From assembly GCA_040954595.2 (NCBI GenBank), contig CM082585.2, positions 572,814-636,813 on the forward strand: DNA of 64,000 nucleotides, given 5' to 3'. The position numbers and the translations under genes are program-made. The notes under the pieces were generated by a model, which did no database searches, was not told where the DNA came from, and was given only the letters and a program-made list of their open reading frames with translations. Source of the stretch: Balanoglossus misakiensis. Taxonomy: Eukaryota > Animalia > Hemichordata. Each line of letters begins with the position of its first letter. The first letter of the stretch is position 1. This document shows positions 38,601-52,100 of the stretch, one piece after another.

Positions 38601-40792
38601 TGTTATATGTAATAAATATAGATGGATTATTATCGGGTATGCATAAACTGTCCAATGAATTCAGCTTGACCAGGCGGTTATAAGTTTATCTTATTCGCGG
38701 CGTGACATATAAACGAAATACTCACCATGCCAAGTGTCAAGGGAATTGATGACGCCGGGTCTCTGCTCCCTGATGTATTTGATGACGGATGCATGGCGGT
38801 CATGTGCATGCACATTTATTTCTACGCCTGTTAATAGAGTACATGTATGTATGATCACATTCTAGATTACGTCAAATTTTAAAAAGTAAATAAGAGTAAA
38901 CAAATCACATATGTAAAAAAACTCACCATTATCATCTGTCCATTGATAAAATCTCCTCACACCTCCCATTTCGTGCCGTTGGGTGCACTCGTCGTCATCC
39001 CTTGTCACAATGGCTTTGTATATACACTTGTGGCTTCTGTTTGAACATAAAAAGTGCAATTTTACATGGTTATTTAGTACATCGAACATATATTATTGTT
39101 TTCCCTATGTGCAATATCAAGTAAATACGACATGACAACTACTTAGTTAAAATATTTTCGCCACAACATGACAGTGTCTCGCGTTATTACCCTGTCATGT
39201 ACACACGTACACGTAGAGAACTTACCGATCCCCAAGTAATACGACTTCGCTCTGCTTGGCATTTCTGCGAGTGGCGTGACGCGCATCAGACATGAAATCG
39301 ATCTTTCCTACTTCTTCGTAAGAGGCAATTTCCTAAAGGAATTAAAGTTATTACATTTGAATATTTTAGAACGATCGCCGGCACGCAACACTCTCTTATT
39401 ATCAGTTCACGGTTACAATACGCTGAACAACTACATTTTGTCATTCATTGTGTTTCTAGCAGTTATTAACATTAATCACGCACATACTGTAGTTATTTAG
39501 GAGCAATGGGCAATGCCTGCTTCAGCACTTGGTCCCAAACGCTATAAATTAAAATAACGAACCTCCAACAAAGCGTTCTCTTTACTTTCGTCTGCAGCTT
39601 GTGCCACAATCGGGCGATACTGACTAAAGACTGGAAAGGAAAAATAGAAAAATAAATATGTTTGCATTGCGTCAGTGGGGTTTAAATATTAATATCACCT
39701 TCATTTGCCATGAAAATACATATTTTTGGGTAGATACAGTTTATACTGGTAGTATGTATGGTCATCGGCATAAGATTACTACATGTGCTATTGAGCGGCG
39801 ACATGTAAATGTAACAGGCGGCCAAATTTACGTGTACTTACAGGTTCTCCTGTAGTCTTTCTTGACTGCACCCATGTTGGCACCATCACACAGTGTTTTA
39901 TATTGCTGCTCTCGCAAACCAGTTGTTGTAACAGCATGAAGCATTCTGCAATCAATAAATTAAAAAGAATTGTGAGTGCATGTTTGGAAAATGTAAATTT
40001 TGCCATGGAACTCGATGTGTGAAATACTAGTAAGTATGAGAGAAACGGCCCGCAACGAATTCTGCCTCGCTACAAACTGACAGCCTTTCTTCAAGTTGAA
40101 AACCTAGACTTTCTGTCAATATCTTCACACTTTATAAATACTTTTTGGTGGCACAGAAAGAAGCCTGATCACGTGAATCATGGAGTTAGAGCGTAAATCG
40201 TCGCTGCACGAAGCTGCCATTTGCCTCTATTGCTAAGTGTGCACCCTAGCTACCGCGAGGGTCCCTGCCAAATGTAGTCATTTCGCACAATTTTCCGCTC
40301 GGTCGATTAATGTCCAAGCAAAGAATCAGCTTGAAATACAAGTATACTTCAATTGCAGAAATATAGAACGACAACGTACCTGTAATTGACAAGAAGTTTG
40401 CCGTTTGTAGTGTGGGTGAAGAATGCCACACAAAACGATGCGCTCCATAGACAGTGGTGTCGCACTTGAAGTGGAGTCGAACAGCGTGACCCATCATGGA
40501 TTTCCTCACACACTGCAATTTCCCGTTGCAAGCTCGGCGATGTTCACCTACACGCGCAACCAAATTTTTTATATCTTTGGCCGTCGTAGTGTAGAAGAAT
40601 GACATCATAGTTCTTGCGTGATTCTCGCAATTTTCATGAATTGTTGTATATTTGACATCGTTATTTTTACTTCCGGTTTACGAAGATCTAAACTGTTTTG
40701 GGTCGGCGGGCTAAAATTAGGGTAGTTCGGGTAATCGTTATGACATTGGGAGCTACGGCTGCAAAGCCATGTGTCTCGTGCGAAAAGGGCCC
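35659..40792 (-). mobile_element. Kolobok-type DNA transposon, ~5.1 kb (boundaries tentative)
   Basis: TTAA-AGGCC at the left end and GGGCCC-TTAA at the right end. The left end is homologous to the TTAA-flanked element at 990. It contains the transposase gene. The two ends match each other only weakly. Confidence 0.55.
36794..40608 (-). pseudogene. Kolobok-like DDE transposase with 11 exons and 3 frameshifts
   Basis: Exons 40608-40380, 39945-39842, 39630-39563, 39332-39226, 39036-38927, 38827-38726, 38599-38502, 38342-38200, 38079-37927, 37680-37561 and 36917-36794. All introns are GT-AG and phase-compatible. Motifs IDFMSDARH (D), HAHDRH (D), LDTWH, GNHAQC..SRC, HYVESYNN (E), QDKR and DWNENVDR. 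Confidence 0.85.
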
Positions 40793-40904
40793 TTAACCTT
40801 TTGCAATATTTAACAGCAAACAACAGACAGTTTTGAGAATAAAAAGTTTCCGTCTTGTCTGACGTTCATATGGCATTAATAGCATATCCCTAATTTTAAA
40901 GAAA

Positions 40905-41140
40905 TTAGGAGAGACAGAGTGAAACAGGCAGAGTGGCAGACAGACAAAGGCAGACAGACAGAGCGACAGTCATCAGTAGAGACACTCATCGGTCGCTCGC
41001 TCGCTCGCTCACTCTCTCTCTCAGAGAGAGGGGCAGACAGACAGACGTTGACAGACAGTCAGTAAGTCAGTCAGCCAGTTAATCAATCAGTCAGACGTCA
41101 AAGACACAGTGACACAAACACAGCGAGGGAGACAACAGGA
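40905..41140. repeat. Mixed (GACA)/(CGCT)/(CT)/(CAGT) simple repeats
   Basis: Direct reading. Confidence 0.8.
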
Positions 41141-43648
41141 CCTTTTATGCTTAAACCCCTGTTCTTCTGTTATAAACTTTGAAAACCGTTCGTTTTCAGA
41201 CAGCAGATTGCTCGAATAACGCGACACACTGCCGAAACAATAAAACAAATACTAGTGGGAGCTCATAAAAGAAAATCGCTCAACCATTCCGTCGTCCTGA
41301 GTGACCTCAGCCACATTAATTTCGGCGTCTTTTTAGGGTCATGAAAAAAGTATTTCCCTTGGGTCCACCTGAAGCAAAAAGTTTTCGTTTCGACTCCATC
41401 ATTCCGAATAGTAAAAAAGCAACAAAATTGAAAAGACAGATGTAAAATGCACTCTCTCTCACGTGGACGTTTGTAACCATGGCAATCATGGTACGTATAC
41501 AGTACACAGACAGGGAGAAATATTTCTTCATGCATGTGTTCAGTAAGGTTTGACCTTGGTTTTTCTTTGTACCATGATGGCCGCTTTCTAAGCATGGATG
41601 AACGACGGCGGTCAGACCCAATCGAACCCTTTCATGTCAGATGACCACGGTATCTCCACTGTGAGATGACATTTGACAAACCATTTGATTTCAACAAAAT
41701 CTTCGCGTCGTCAACGCGTCGCATACCAGTCGCATATCGGTATTTACCCAATCATAAAAGTTGGAAATTCGGGAGACTCGATCTGCAACCAAGTTGAGAG
41801 TAAATTTTGACGTTTGACTATTGGCAAGTAAACAGGTTACACAATGACTTGTCGGTTTTTCCTCCGTCATGGTCGTTCTTGACCCAAGTGTCCTTCCTTG
41901 ACATTTAGACACACCTTGCGGTATGACCTTGGTGGTCATATGCAATTAGTTTTCTTGTATAAGAAGCTTTTCGTGCCGGGGTAGACGACTTGTGCGTGGA
42001 TCATCAACATTTCAGTGATATTTCAACGCAAAGTTTTAGCAATATTGAGAAAACAGGTAGTGAGGTGTCAAATGCATATCAATGTACGATAATTAGGTCA
42101 AGCCACCCGACAGCAACCGCTCTCACACAGTGTGGGACGTTGCACGGAATGTGAAACGTTACACTGCTTCGGCCGTTCACATACACCTGGCCGTGGTTTT
42201 GATTGATGGTCAAACGCCCCCATCGATCACTTCCGCTCAATCGCTTCTTTTCTTACTTTGGGCGTTTTCAATGGTAAATGTGTCGTATTGATCGAAACCT
42301 TGCCGTAAACACATTTTTTGCTGAATCAACATTCAGAGTTCAGCCGTCTAGTTAACGAAGTATTGAAATAAGCCACTTGTTCATCATTTTTTGTCTGTCA
42401 AACGTGTTTATTCGGACAGGGACCGGCCGCCAATGAGTGGTTTAGGGAGCCCACACGTACACTCTGGTACCTGGACAATTAACATAGACATGTCGTGTGT
42501 ACCGTCCGGTTCGAAAAGATTGGTTTAAGGTAGTCCTGGTATCAGTCATCCTAACGAGGCCAGGGGAGGTCTCCAAGGGCGAAATAAACATAGTTACTGA
42601 CGATGAGTCGTGTTCGAATCGGACGATGCTTGTTCATAAAAAGCACAGACATAAAGCTTCGACGTTTTTAGTCTGTGTAGTAAAGATACGACTAATCAGC
42701 CTATAGTGTAACCGTAGACCCTGGAGAAATACCAAAGCACAGCACAATGCAGCAAATGGAGTGAAACAAGAACAAAGCTTAGTCTCTGCCGCAAACAACG
42801 CTAAATCACATATTGACACTCTAAATAGAAGCAAGACAGCCGGGGGGGGGGGGGCACAGTTGTAGATCGCGGTTTTGACTCGCCCCTTCCACATCCTGTA
42901 GATGTTAGTGCGTCCAAGACGTTTTTGATAAAATATAGACTTTTGACCTTTGTTTTTAGCTCGAGTGTGGCCTAAGTATATCACCGTTCCCACGAAAAAT
43001 GTCTGCCTTCTTCAAAACGTTGTACTGCACTTCTGTGTAATTCGAACTCTAATACAAGTGACAGTATCAGAGGACAGATTTGGCACAGGCAACATTTCGT
43101 ATAAACAAACCACAGAGAAAACGTCAAAAGGGAGCGATTTATAAAATGATCAATTCCACGAGTTTGCAAATTAAAGTTAAAGAGATACAGTTTCATTGGA
43201 TGGATCACTATCCTAGAGCGGTCTGGAAGCATGGGTGGATTTTTACCTGGTGTCTGTTTACCTGGTAAAATAGGTTATTGTTCTCCCCTGCTTTTCATAG
43301 CGGATTTTTTAACATGTCTCCTCGAGATCAAACATTAATGAACGATTAAAAGCGCTTCGTATACTTTTTGTGGGTCGAGTTGTGTTTTTCGTTTTATTTG
43401 GTCATTAATTCGATCAGAATGTTTATTGTTGTATTGTAAAAAGCTTGGATTTTATGTTTCAGTTATGCAGAGTGCTTAAGTATGCTCGACTTGCGTGGCA
43501 ATTCTGCAAAGATATTTGGAGCATTCTTTGGAATTTAATTGATTTGGACACGAGTTTGTTGTTTGGTTGGTCATGGAACAACACGTGACATTGTCTGCAT
43601 GGCATTCTTTAGGGTGTTCCAATTCTGTAAATGACATGAGGTGGTTAA

Positions 43649-43788
43649 AGGTATACACTTACATAGGCCCATATATGGCTGAGATGAGAAAATATGGCGG
43701 CGCTCTTTTTTCGCGTGTGCCACCCACTGAAAATCTGTGATTGGCTAGATCTCAATTTGCCATGGTAACTATAGGTGACCGTATACCT
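43649..43788. mobile_element. Kolobok-type MITE (second copy, inverted, at 58856-59042)
   Basis: TTAA-AGGTATAC...GTATACCT-TTAA, with internal sequence shared with 58856-59042. Confidence 0.8.
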
Positions 43789-43811
43789 TTAATTGCCTGT
43801 TGGTACTATTA

Positions 43812-44449
43812 GGGACCGTTCAGTTTTTACGGCCGGGGGGGGGGGGGGCGGCAAGTTTGTGTCATCGGTTTTAAAAATCAGGCTGACCCCCCCTTCACCC
43901 AGGAGCAAAAAATGATGAAGTTGCATTTTAATGAACTCAAAAGCATATTATCTCAATGTTTGGGAGGACCAATTTACTTTGTGCCACTCCACTCAAAGTT
44001 AGAAGATTTGGCGTCATCTTCGTGATGACATCATTTATAAAACTTCTAGTATATAGAAGATGCGGCGCGAAACTATCAGTTATGCGAAATGGTTTAAACT
44101 ATTTTTCTCCTTTATGTATTTACTTTGTTAAATATTATCATCGGTTAGTTTGGGGTGGCAAGAAGTCTGCTCTGGTATACTAGACAAACCAGCCCAAAAT
44201 GAAATGTGGCGGAGAATGAAGGGGGTGCGCGTGGGAGAGGGTGTCCCTCTCCCACATTAGAAAATTTGTAAAATAAAGGGCGCGAAACTGCAATTTTGTG
44301 GACTCAAAAGCAAATGTTCGGTGGCAAAAGTATGTGACACCCCCCTAAACGTTTAAAAAAACAGATGACCCCCCTTTTGGACTTCAAAATGCAAGTGACC
44401 CCCCCCCCTGGATTTTGCCGGCCCCCGGCCGTAAAACCTGAACGGTCCC
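43812..44449. mobile_element. PIF/Harbinger-like MITE, same family as 18307-19128, opposite orientation
   Basis: TIR GGGACCGTTCAG...CTGAACGGTCCC with shared G-rich subterminal blocks. Confidence 0.75.
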
Positions 44450-46170
44450 TAAACAGCACTCTCCCCGTGTCTAGTGAAACATCATTTTTGGGTATCTGGA
44501 TTTCGTGTTCATTATTGCGTGACTGATACGGCGGGTATCGATTGGAATAGGCCCCATCGTTAAAATAGAAGTTCATTCTTGTCGGGCGACCCAGGAAGGC
44601 ATAAGCTTGACGTGCCTAAACTTTGTCGGACATTGTCCGACCATCACGGCTGCAAATTGGTTCAAGTTCGGTGTAGCCTGCTCCAATAGAAATGGCGAAA
44701 TTATTAAGTATAAGGTAACAACCCGAATGTGCCACTTTTTCAATCACAACATCCCTATAAAACCACAGTAAGTGATAAAACAAAAGCTTAGGTCGACTTT
44801 TCATCAGCTGGAAAAACACACAACTATTAAAATGGGTAGAAAATATAGGAAATGTCCTTATGCGTATGAAAAGCAAAGAATGAGACAGGGTCAATGAAGC
44901 CAAACTCGTGTCTTCGTGCACACGAAGACGCCCGAGCCGTTCATCATCATGGTATTCCTCTGGGAATCTCTTGGCAACTGCATCGCGTGTACCGAGTCAG
45001 AACATGTAAATACTGACTTCTGCCATAGACGTACCAGGTGCTTCGACGAGTTAGCCTTTGGCATTGTGGTTTTTGGCTTTTCTAGTGAAGCTGAAGGCCA
45101 AAACCAAGGACCGTGACTAAACTGAAAAGCCCCCCCCCCATCCCCCCCCCGCCCTCTCCAGTTTTTGTAGTAGAAATGTTCTTCATGCCTATCCCAATTC
45201 TACCGCTGGCTGCGCTGTCGCAGTGACCTCAAGCCAGGTCAAATTTGAGCTAAAAGACAAGTTCCGTCGACATACTCATGAATATTTCTTGGTTTCTTCG
45301 CGTATAAACTCGGGAATATTATGCCCCTGAAGCTGGCTTTGATGCACGTTATCGAGTATTAATCAGTCAAAGACCCATGGTATCAAAGTAGGTAATTGTC
45401 TTTTTTTCACGCGGATCCTTTGGTCATATATTCTGCATGCCTGCAGCCCCACATTCGCTGATATTGCCATCTTTCTCGATAGTTATTATAATATTTAGCT
45501 AGAGACGGCCTTGTATACTCTGAATTTTAGACTAGGAATGACTCAGCTGGCATATCGTACCACTTTTTCTGTGACATTGCCGACCGGCCCGGCGCAACTA
45601 CCGAGAAAGGGTACGGGTGTGCTCGTGGGAATTGTCAACTACCCGTTCATCGTTCGACTGCTCAACACAGATCATTGATAACACAATGTCACATTTCGAA
45701 CTAATTTTGGAATTCTGGATAAATTTTCCAAATATCCTGTTAATCTGGGATTTTCTTCCATCACCTTGATGCAACTGTATCAGAATTTGTCTTTTAAGTT
45801 TATTCACACCAAAAAAAAAACAAAAAAAACAACAACAGCCATTTCCTGGAAATTGTCATGTTTTCTCTAAAAAAATTAAGCTGAACTTTTTTATTGAAAG
45901 GAAACGTTCAGCAGATTTTTTGCTCCCCAAAATTCAGGTGAATTTTTCACAGATTCTTTTTTCCCAGAAATTCTGCCGAAATCTACACTAATCACACACT
46001 TATTGGAAAGGTGTAACACAAATTATAGACTTTACAAACAAAAATCTAATGTTATACATTTATGAACCTCTTATTAAATGTTTTCAAAGAGGAAAGGTAG
46101 TATTCTCGGACTGGAATTTCGAAATTAGTTTGGAACATGTTTGATGTGTTATAAATTTGTTTATTTTCAG

Positions 46171-49100
46171 ATTTTATGGTGGGCACTTGACAGTAATTGA
46201 GGGTTATTCTGAAAATCTTTATGCTGGAGCAGAGATTGTAAACCAGATTGAAGAGACTTCCAATGAAACAGCGAACCATGGTTGGATTGGTGAGTGTGTC
46301 TTTTAACAGTGTTTCTCAGTGTTCCCAAATAATTTGTGGGTGTATCAAGTGTAAAAAATAACTGGTTTTGGAATTTGACAGTTTACAAGTGAGCACTGCA
46401 TAGTAACACTTGAATGATAATTGTCTCAAGATGGTAATTGAAAAGCCTATTTTTTACATCTCAATCACCTCACAAAATCTTGCCAAGTGACTCTGTATGC
46501 AGTTTTTCATCCAGACGGAGGGATGGGGGAATTCGCCCACTGTCAGCATGTTGGCACCCCCTAGAAATTTGTCAAGGGGGAACTGGTGCCCCTCACGGTG
46601 ATGTCACTCATTCCCCTCCTTGCAAGAGTGCAACTATTCTTGCAAAGGGTGACATATCCCCCCCCATCCTGGATGAAACACTGCTGTATGCATCTTCTTT
46701 CTTTATTTCCATTTTATAGGATTAAGTGGACCCAATCCAGGTGGCAGTGTGGAATATGATTATTCAGATGGCCGGAAAGGTAGTGTCTTTGATGGTCGAT
46801 GGGCAGACACAGAACCTGATGCCTCCACTGGGCAATGTGTGAGGTTAAACCTCTTTGAAAATAATTACCCATGGTATCATGCAAGATGTGATGATGTCAG
46901 TCCGTCAATGTGTGAAGTAGCAGCTTGTGCTGAGGGTAAGTCTGATTCAAATCAACTATAATCTGCCCTTACTAGCATCAGGTCTTTACTTTTCTCACAC
47001 TGCTGTGGTCACTTCCCTACACTAAGAGAGAGAGAGAGAGAGATCAAAAGGGAGGGAGGGAGAGGGTGGGAGGGGAGAGTGAGAGGGGAGGGGGGTCGAG
47101 GGGAGGGGGAGATCGAGGGGAGGGTGGGAGAAAGGGAGGGAGGGGAGGGAGGGGGGTAAGAGAAAGGGAGAGGGGGGAGGGGAGAGAGAGGGGAGGGAGG
47201 ATCGAGGGGAGAGGGAGGGAGAGGGGGAGGGAGAGAGCTAGAGAGGGAGGGGGAAGGGAGAGGGGGTGGGAGGGAGAGAGTGAGAGAGTCCCCTAAGCCA
47301 TACAAGATATACATGTGATAGGATATTAAACTTTAAACATCTAGACTTGGAAGAGCTCACCACTAAAAGTTAAACAAAAGGGGATCAGATGAGATCATGT
47401 CTCCTGCGGTGCAGAATGGTGTTATATTTGAAATTCAAAACGGAGGAGAGTTACTTCATTCTGGCCAGTAATTTTGTCGCTAGATAATTCCACTCATTAA
47501 TTGAATTGTTATCTTTAAATTATACTTTTAGACTATTTATGTGAAACAGGTTTTCATGCTTTTTTGTTAAAGCAGTTTTACTTTTGGCAGAGATACAATA
47601 TTGATCGTATGATATTGTTCATAAACTTAAAAGCTTATGGGTTTGATACAAAAACTTTCATGTCCTTTCCTACATACAGAAAATTAATAAGATATATCAG
47701 TATTATGACAAAAGTTAAAAAAATATCCATCAATGTAAATGTTATCTTTATTTTTTAAATAATTTTTGTTCAGGTGACTTTCGATGCTCCAATGGTAATT
47801 GTATAAATCCTGACTGGGTTTGTGATGGTACAGTTGACTGTCGTGATGGTGATTTCTCTGATGAGATTGGATGTGCAGGTATGTTTTTGGCAAGTGGTCT
47901 GAAACAATCATATTCTTTACGCTCACCTCAACATCATTGCAAAGTGGGCCCAGGTGATGAGACCAAGTTTCCTAAATGTGTGGTATAGTGTAGTTTTGGC
48001 TTGAAGTCATTATACAAAAGAATCTTGTAAATATGCGTGACAACTGATATGTGCCAACCTCAAACTACCAGAACATAATTATTTGTACATCTCCTTTGCA
48101 ACTACAGACTACTTTTGAACTGTCAGCAGAAATTCTGATCCTCAAAGAATTTCGTACTCTAAAACAGGAAATTTTCGCGAGCTATAAATATTTCGCGAAC
48201 TATGCGAGAGCCAAAAAACACGAAATTAAACAAGTTGTGTAAAAATGTTTTTCGAAGATAACAATGCAGTGAAAAATGAGAATTTGAAAATTAATCATCG
48301 CATAAAAGTTGTCACTTTTGATATCACGAAAAATTTCCTGTTTTACAGTATTTCATAATTATAAATCAGAAACAAAACTGGGTCAAGTATTTTAAGAATA
48401 GGGCATCTTTCACACTGATAGTTTGAGCTTAGAGAATAATAATATGCTGTTCCTGGAATTTTCGGGTGTGATAAATGTCGTTTCAAAATTTTACATTTGA
48501 TTTATACTAATATAAAATTTGTTTTATACATGTACATTGGATACTCACTGTTGGTGAAGTAATTTTATCATCAATGAAATTTCTTCAACTTGAAGAGCTG
48601 AAGCTTTATGACCATTCATCACACAAATAAACCCTTTCTTTTTATTTTGATGATGTTCAGGAACATGTGGTGGTTTGGAAACTGGTGTCTCAGGGACTTT
48701 TCACAGCACTGGATACCCAGATGATAATTATTACATTCTACAAGAATGTATTTGGACAATCCAGGGACCTGCAACATCCAGAATAAATTTTGAGGTACAG
48801 TAAAATTTGTCTAATCTGGAAACCTGCCTATACAGAACACCTTTTCCCATCCATTCGTCGTACAAACACAATTTTAAAGGAACCTCTATGATATAAACTG
48901 GACACCTGTATTAAAAAGTTTCTTCCTTATAACAAACTATCTATAACTTCAGGCTAGTTTATCAGTATTTTTGTTTTGTGTATAAAACACATTTCCTGTC
49001 CTTATGAGTAACCCATCACACCCCTGCAGCTCTCTGCTTGTCAACAAGTCATGTGTATGTACTGACCATTGTTATTATTTACAAATGTTTTCAAACAACA

Positions 49101-52100
49101 ACAATGCCGATTGTGCACTCATAGATTTCAATGAGAAGATTAAGACTATGGATTTAACTCTGCCCTGGGGAGCTGAACAAGAAACTATGGTTGATACACA
49201 GAATAGAAATACTGAAAAATGCAAGAAGTTACAGCTAATGGGGCTTAAGTCATGAATCTGTGTTTATTTTCATGTATATTGGCTTGAGACAGCTCACTAT
49301 GTATGATGTGTGTTGTAACATTTTGTTTTTATTCTTTTCAGTTTCCGTATTTTGACACTGAACTTTATCATGATACTGTTGTCATTGTCGATGGGTCTGT
49401 GTTTGACCAATCCAAAGTTCTTGCAACATATAGTGGACCGGACCAGCCTGATGAAGTTATTAGCAGTGGTAATGCAATGTTGGTGAAATTTCTCTCAGAT
49501 AGTTCGCATACTGCTACTGGCTTTGAAGCATCTTGGCAAGCAGGTAATACTAAGTTTTGTACATGTACATACATTAAAACGAGAAATTAATGCTCTGTGT
49601 TTACCTTAGGCAAATACTGTCTCTGAAACGTTTCAAATTTTACCCTGTGTGAACCAGGTATAACATTATAGATTGCACGTGTAGGCAATATTGGCCCTAC
49701 CTTGACTGTGATCTTGCTGATGTTCTGTTTGTGAGGTGTGTATGTTAAGATGACTTTTTCTTTCTTCCAGTATATTCTTTGTGTGGTGGGAATTTCATAG
49801 CACAGTCATATAAACAGAATCTCAGCAGTACAGAATATTTTGAAGGCAAGAATTATCTCAACAATGAAGATTGTAACTGGCAGCTAGCATCATTCACAAC
49901 AGAATTTTTTGTTACCTTACAGGTAAATAGGAGACTACATGTAGATGAACTCATTTTCTAACTCTTTTTAACAATTCATTTCATGTTATTAGTGGATTCA
50001 GATGCAATTAATCGTGTGAGTTGTTTGACAGCATGACAAAAATTAGTAATTGTATTTTTAAAAATACATTTTATTTTTGTCATTTCTGGTCAATTCTCAG
50101 TAGCCACTTTTCTGATTTCTTAAAATTTGGTTTACAAGGACCTACAAGTATTTTTATTATGGTGTACATAAACATGTGTCAAATATCAATACTGGGGAGG
50201 AGGGGGGTGGGTAGTTTTAGACATTTTTGGTCCAAAAGTCCACTTATGTCAGAAACTGCTCTTCCAGTTGTTTTGGATTTTGGTTTATTGGGATGTGAAA
50301 ATATTCTTCATCAGATTTATTCTTATATTACCTCATCAATGCTAAAGGTGCCCTTATAGGGACAAAGTCTCTCTCTCTCGCTGCCCTTTTCCCATTTATT
50401 ATGTTTGATACAAGACACTGTTTATGTTGTTCTACATGAGGATATATAGTGAATCAACATTCGACCATTTTTAGGATATGAGAGTAAAAATCTCACCCAA
50501 AATGAAGCGGGATGGAATGTTGATTCACTATATATCCACATGTAGAATAACATAAACGATAATCAAACGATAATTAATGGAAAAGGGGCAGCGAGAGAGA
50601 GACTTTGCCCCTTAATGGTTTTGCGTAGGAAATTGTGATCACTATGATTGTACGGTATGTCACATTTAAATGTACATATCAAATGGGAGCACAGTGTCTT
50701 TGATGCTATTTTTTATATCTTTTCAGTTTATCTCCTTTGCAACAGAAGATGGGGCTGATCAAGTGCCTGTATACGATGGCGCTGAACTGAATCCCGTCCT
50801 CCGACTTGCTTTATATTCTGGGATGGAGTTACCCAATGTCATCATATCTTCCAAAAGTGTGATGAGAGTTGACTTTAAGAGTGATGATGCAGTTACAATG
50901 AGAGGTTTTCATGCACATTACTGGGCAGGTAGGTAACGCATTCAAATTGATCAAGATATTGTTTGAATGAAGAGGCAATCAAGGATTCATGATACAAGAG
51001 AACAATGTTTTATAGGGACAAAGTCTCTCTCTCTCTACCCTTTTTCCAGGAATTATGATGATACAATACAGCATTTATGTTATTCTACATGTGGATATAT
51101 AGTGAATGAACATTCAACCACACACAACTTCCATCCCACTTGTAGACATAAGAGTGAAAAAACTCGCCAAAATGAAAAATCGGTCTCTACCGTTTATTCA
51201 TTTTGGCAAGATTTTTACTCTCATATCCTACAAACGGGATGGAAGTTGTGCGTGGTTGAATGTTCATTCACTATATATCCACATGTAGAATAACATAAAC
51301 AGTGTCTTGTATCAAACATAGTTAATGGAAAAAGGGCAGCGAGAGAGAGAAACTTTGTCCCTTTAAATCACTTAAAATCCTTCCCAAAGAATTTCAACCC
51401 AGTAAGAATTGTAAGGATCACAAATATATCTTCCTTTGCCATTCTTTCTGGAGGTTTATAAGCTAATCTGATACTGGGTCATTATGGAACTTTTTAACAG
51501 AAAAAATAACAAAATGTGAAAAAAGTTAAATGAGTTTAATTTGCTAACTACATGTATAATGACAGAAATGTTTGACCTAAGGAAGTCATAAAATACAGTT
51601 AACAGTCATTTCTTCTATCGCTTACGACTTTTTATCCAGAAGGCAATTATTATGTGATTTGATCCCCTAGCACGAAATAAAAGGCAGCCAGGATTACACC
51701 AAACCTGTGGATTTAATTAATTATTTCTTGTTCGGTATTTTTTCTTCAAAGGTTGCCAGGGAATTGAAATTCTGCGTAGTTTTGGTACGATTCAGTCACC
51801 AGGCTATGATGTTAGCACTTACCCTGATGATGTTATGTGTAGCTGGGTAATCAAGGAACCAACTGGAAGACCATTAGCTCTTATCTTTGATGACAACTTT
51901 GGATTAGAGAGGAACACAGATGTTGATTACATCATTGTAAGTATCAGATATGATCAGGAGTCAGCCATGTTAAAGGGACAAAGTCTCTCTCCCGCTGCCC
52001 TTTTTCCATTAATTATGTTGATACAAGACACCGTAATTTTCACCAGGTATACATAACTTACTAACATTTCAGAAAAGGATGTTACAGAATTCTTAGAAAC

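Noticed and set aside
44893-45391. Candidate first exons of the uif-like gene
   Set aside because: No clean signal peptide or CLECT N-terminus in a phase-compatible open frame.
45710-46020. Intronic sequence repeated at ~58250-58570, and TTTTCGCG-rich repeats at ~37230, 48160, 56240 and 57780
   Set aside because: They look like ordinary dispersed repeat or MITE copies with no distinctive structure.
47009-47314. Pro-rich and Gly/Arg-rich ORFs
   Set aside because: They come from a GA-rich low-complexity intronic tract.
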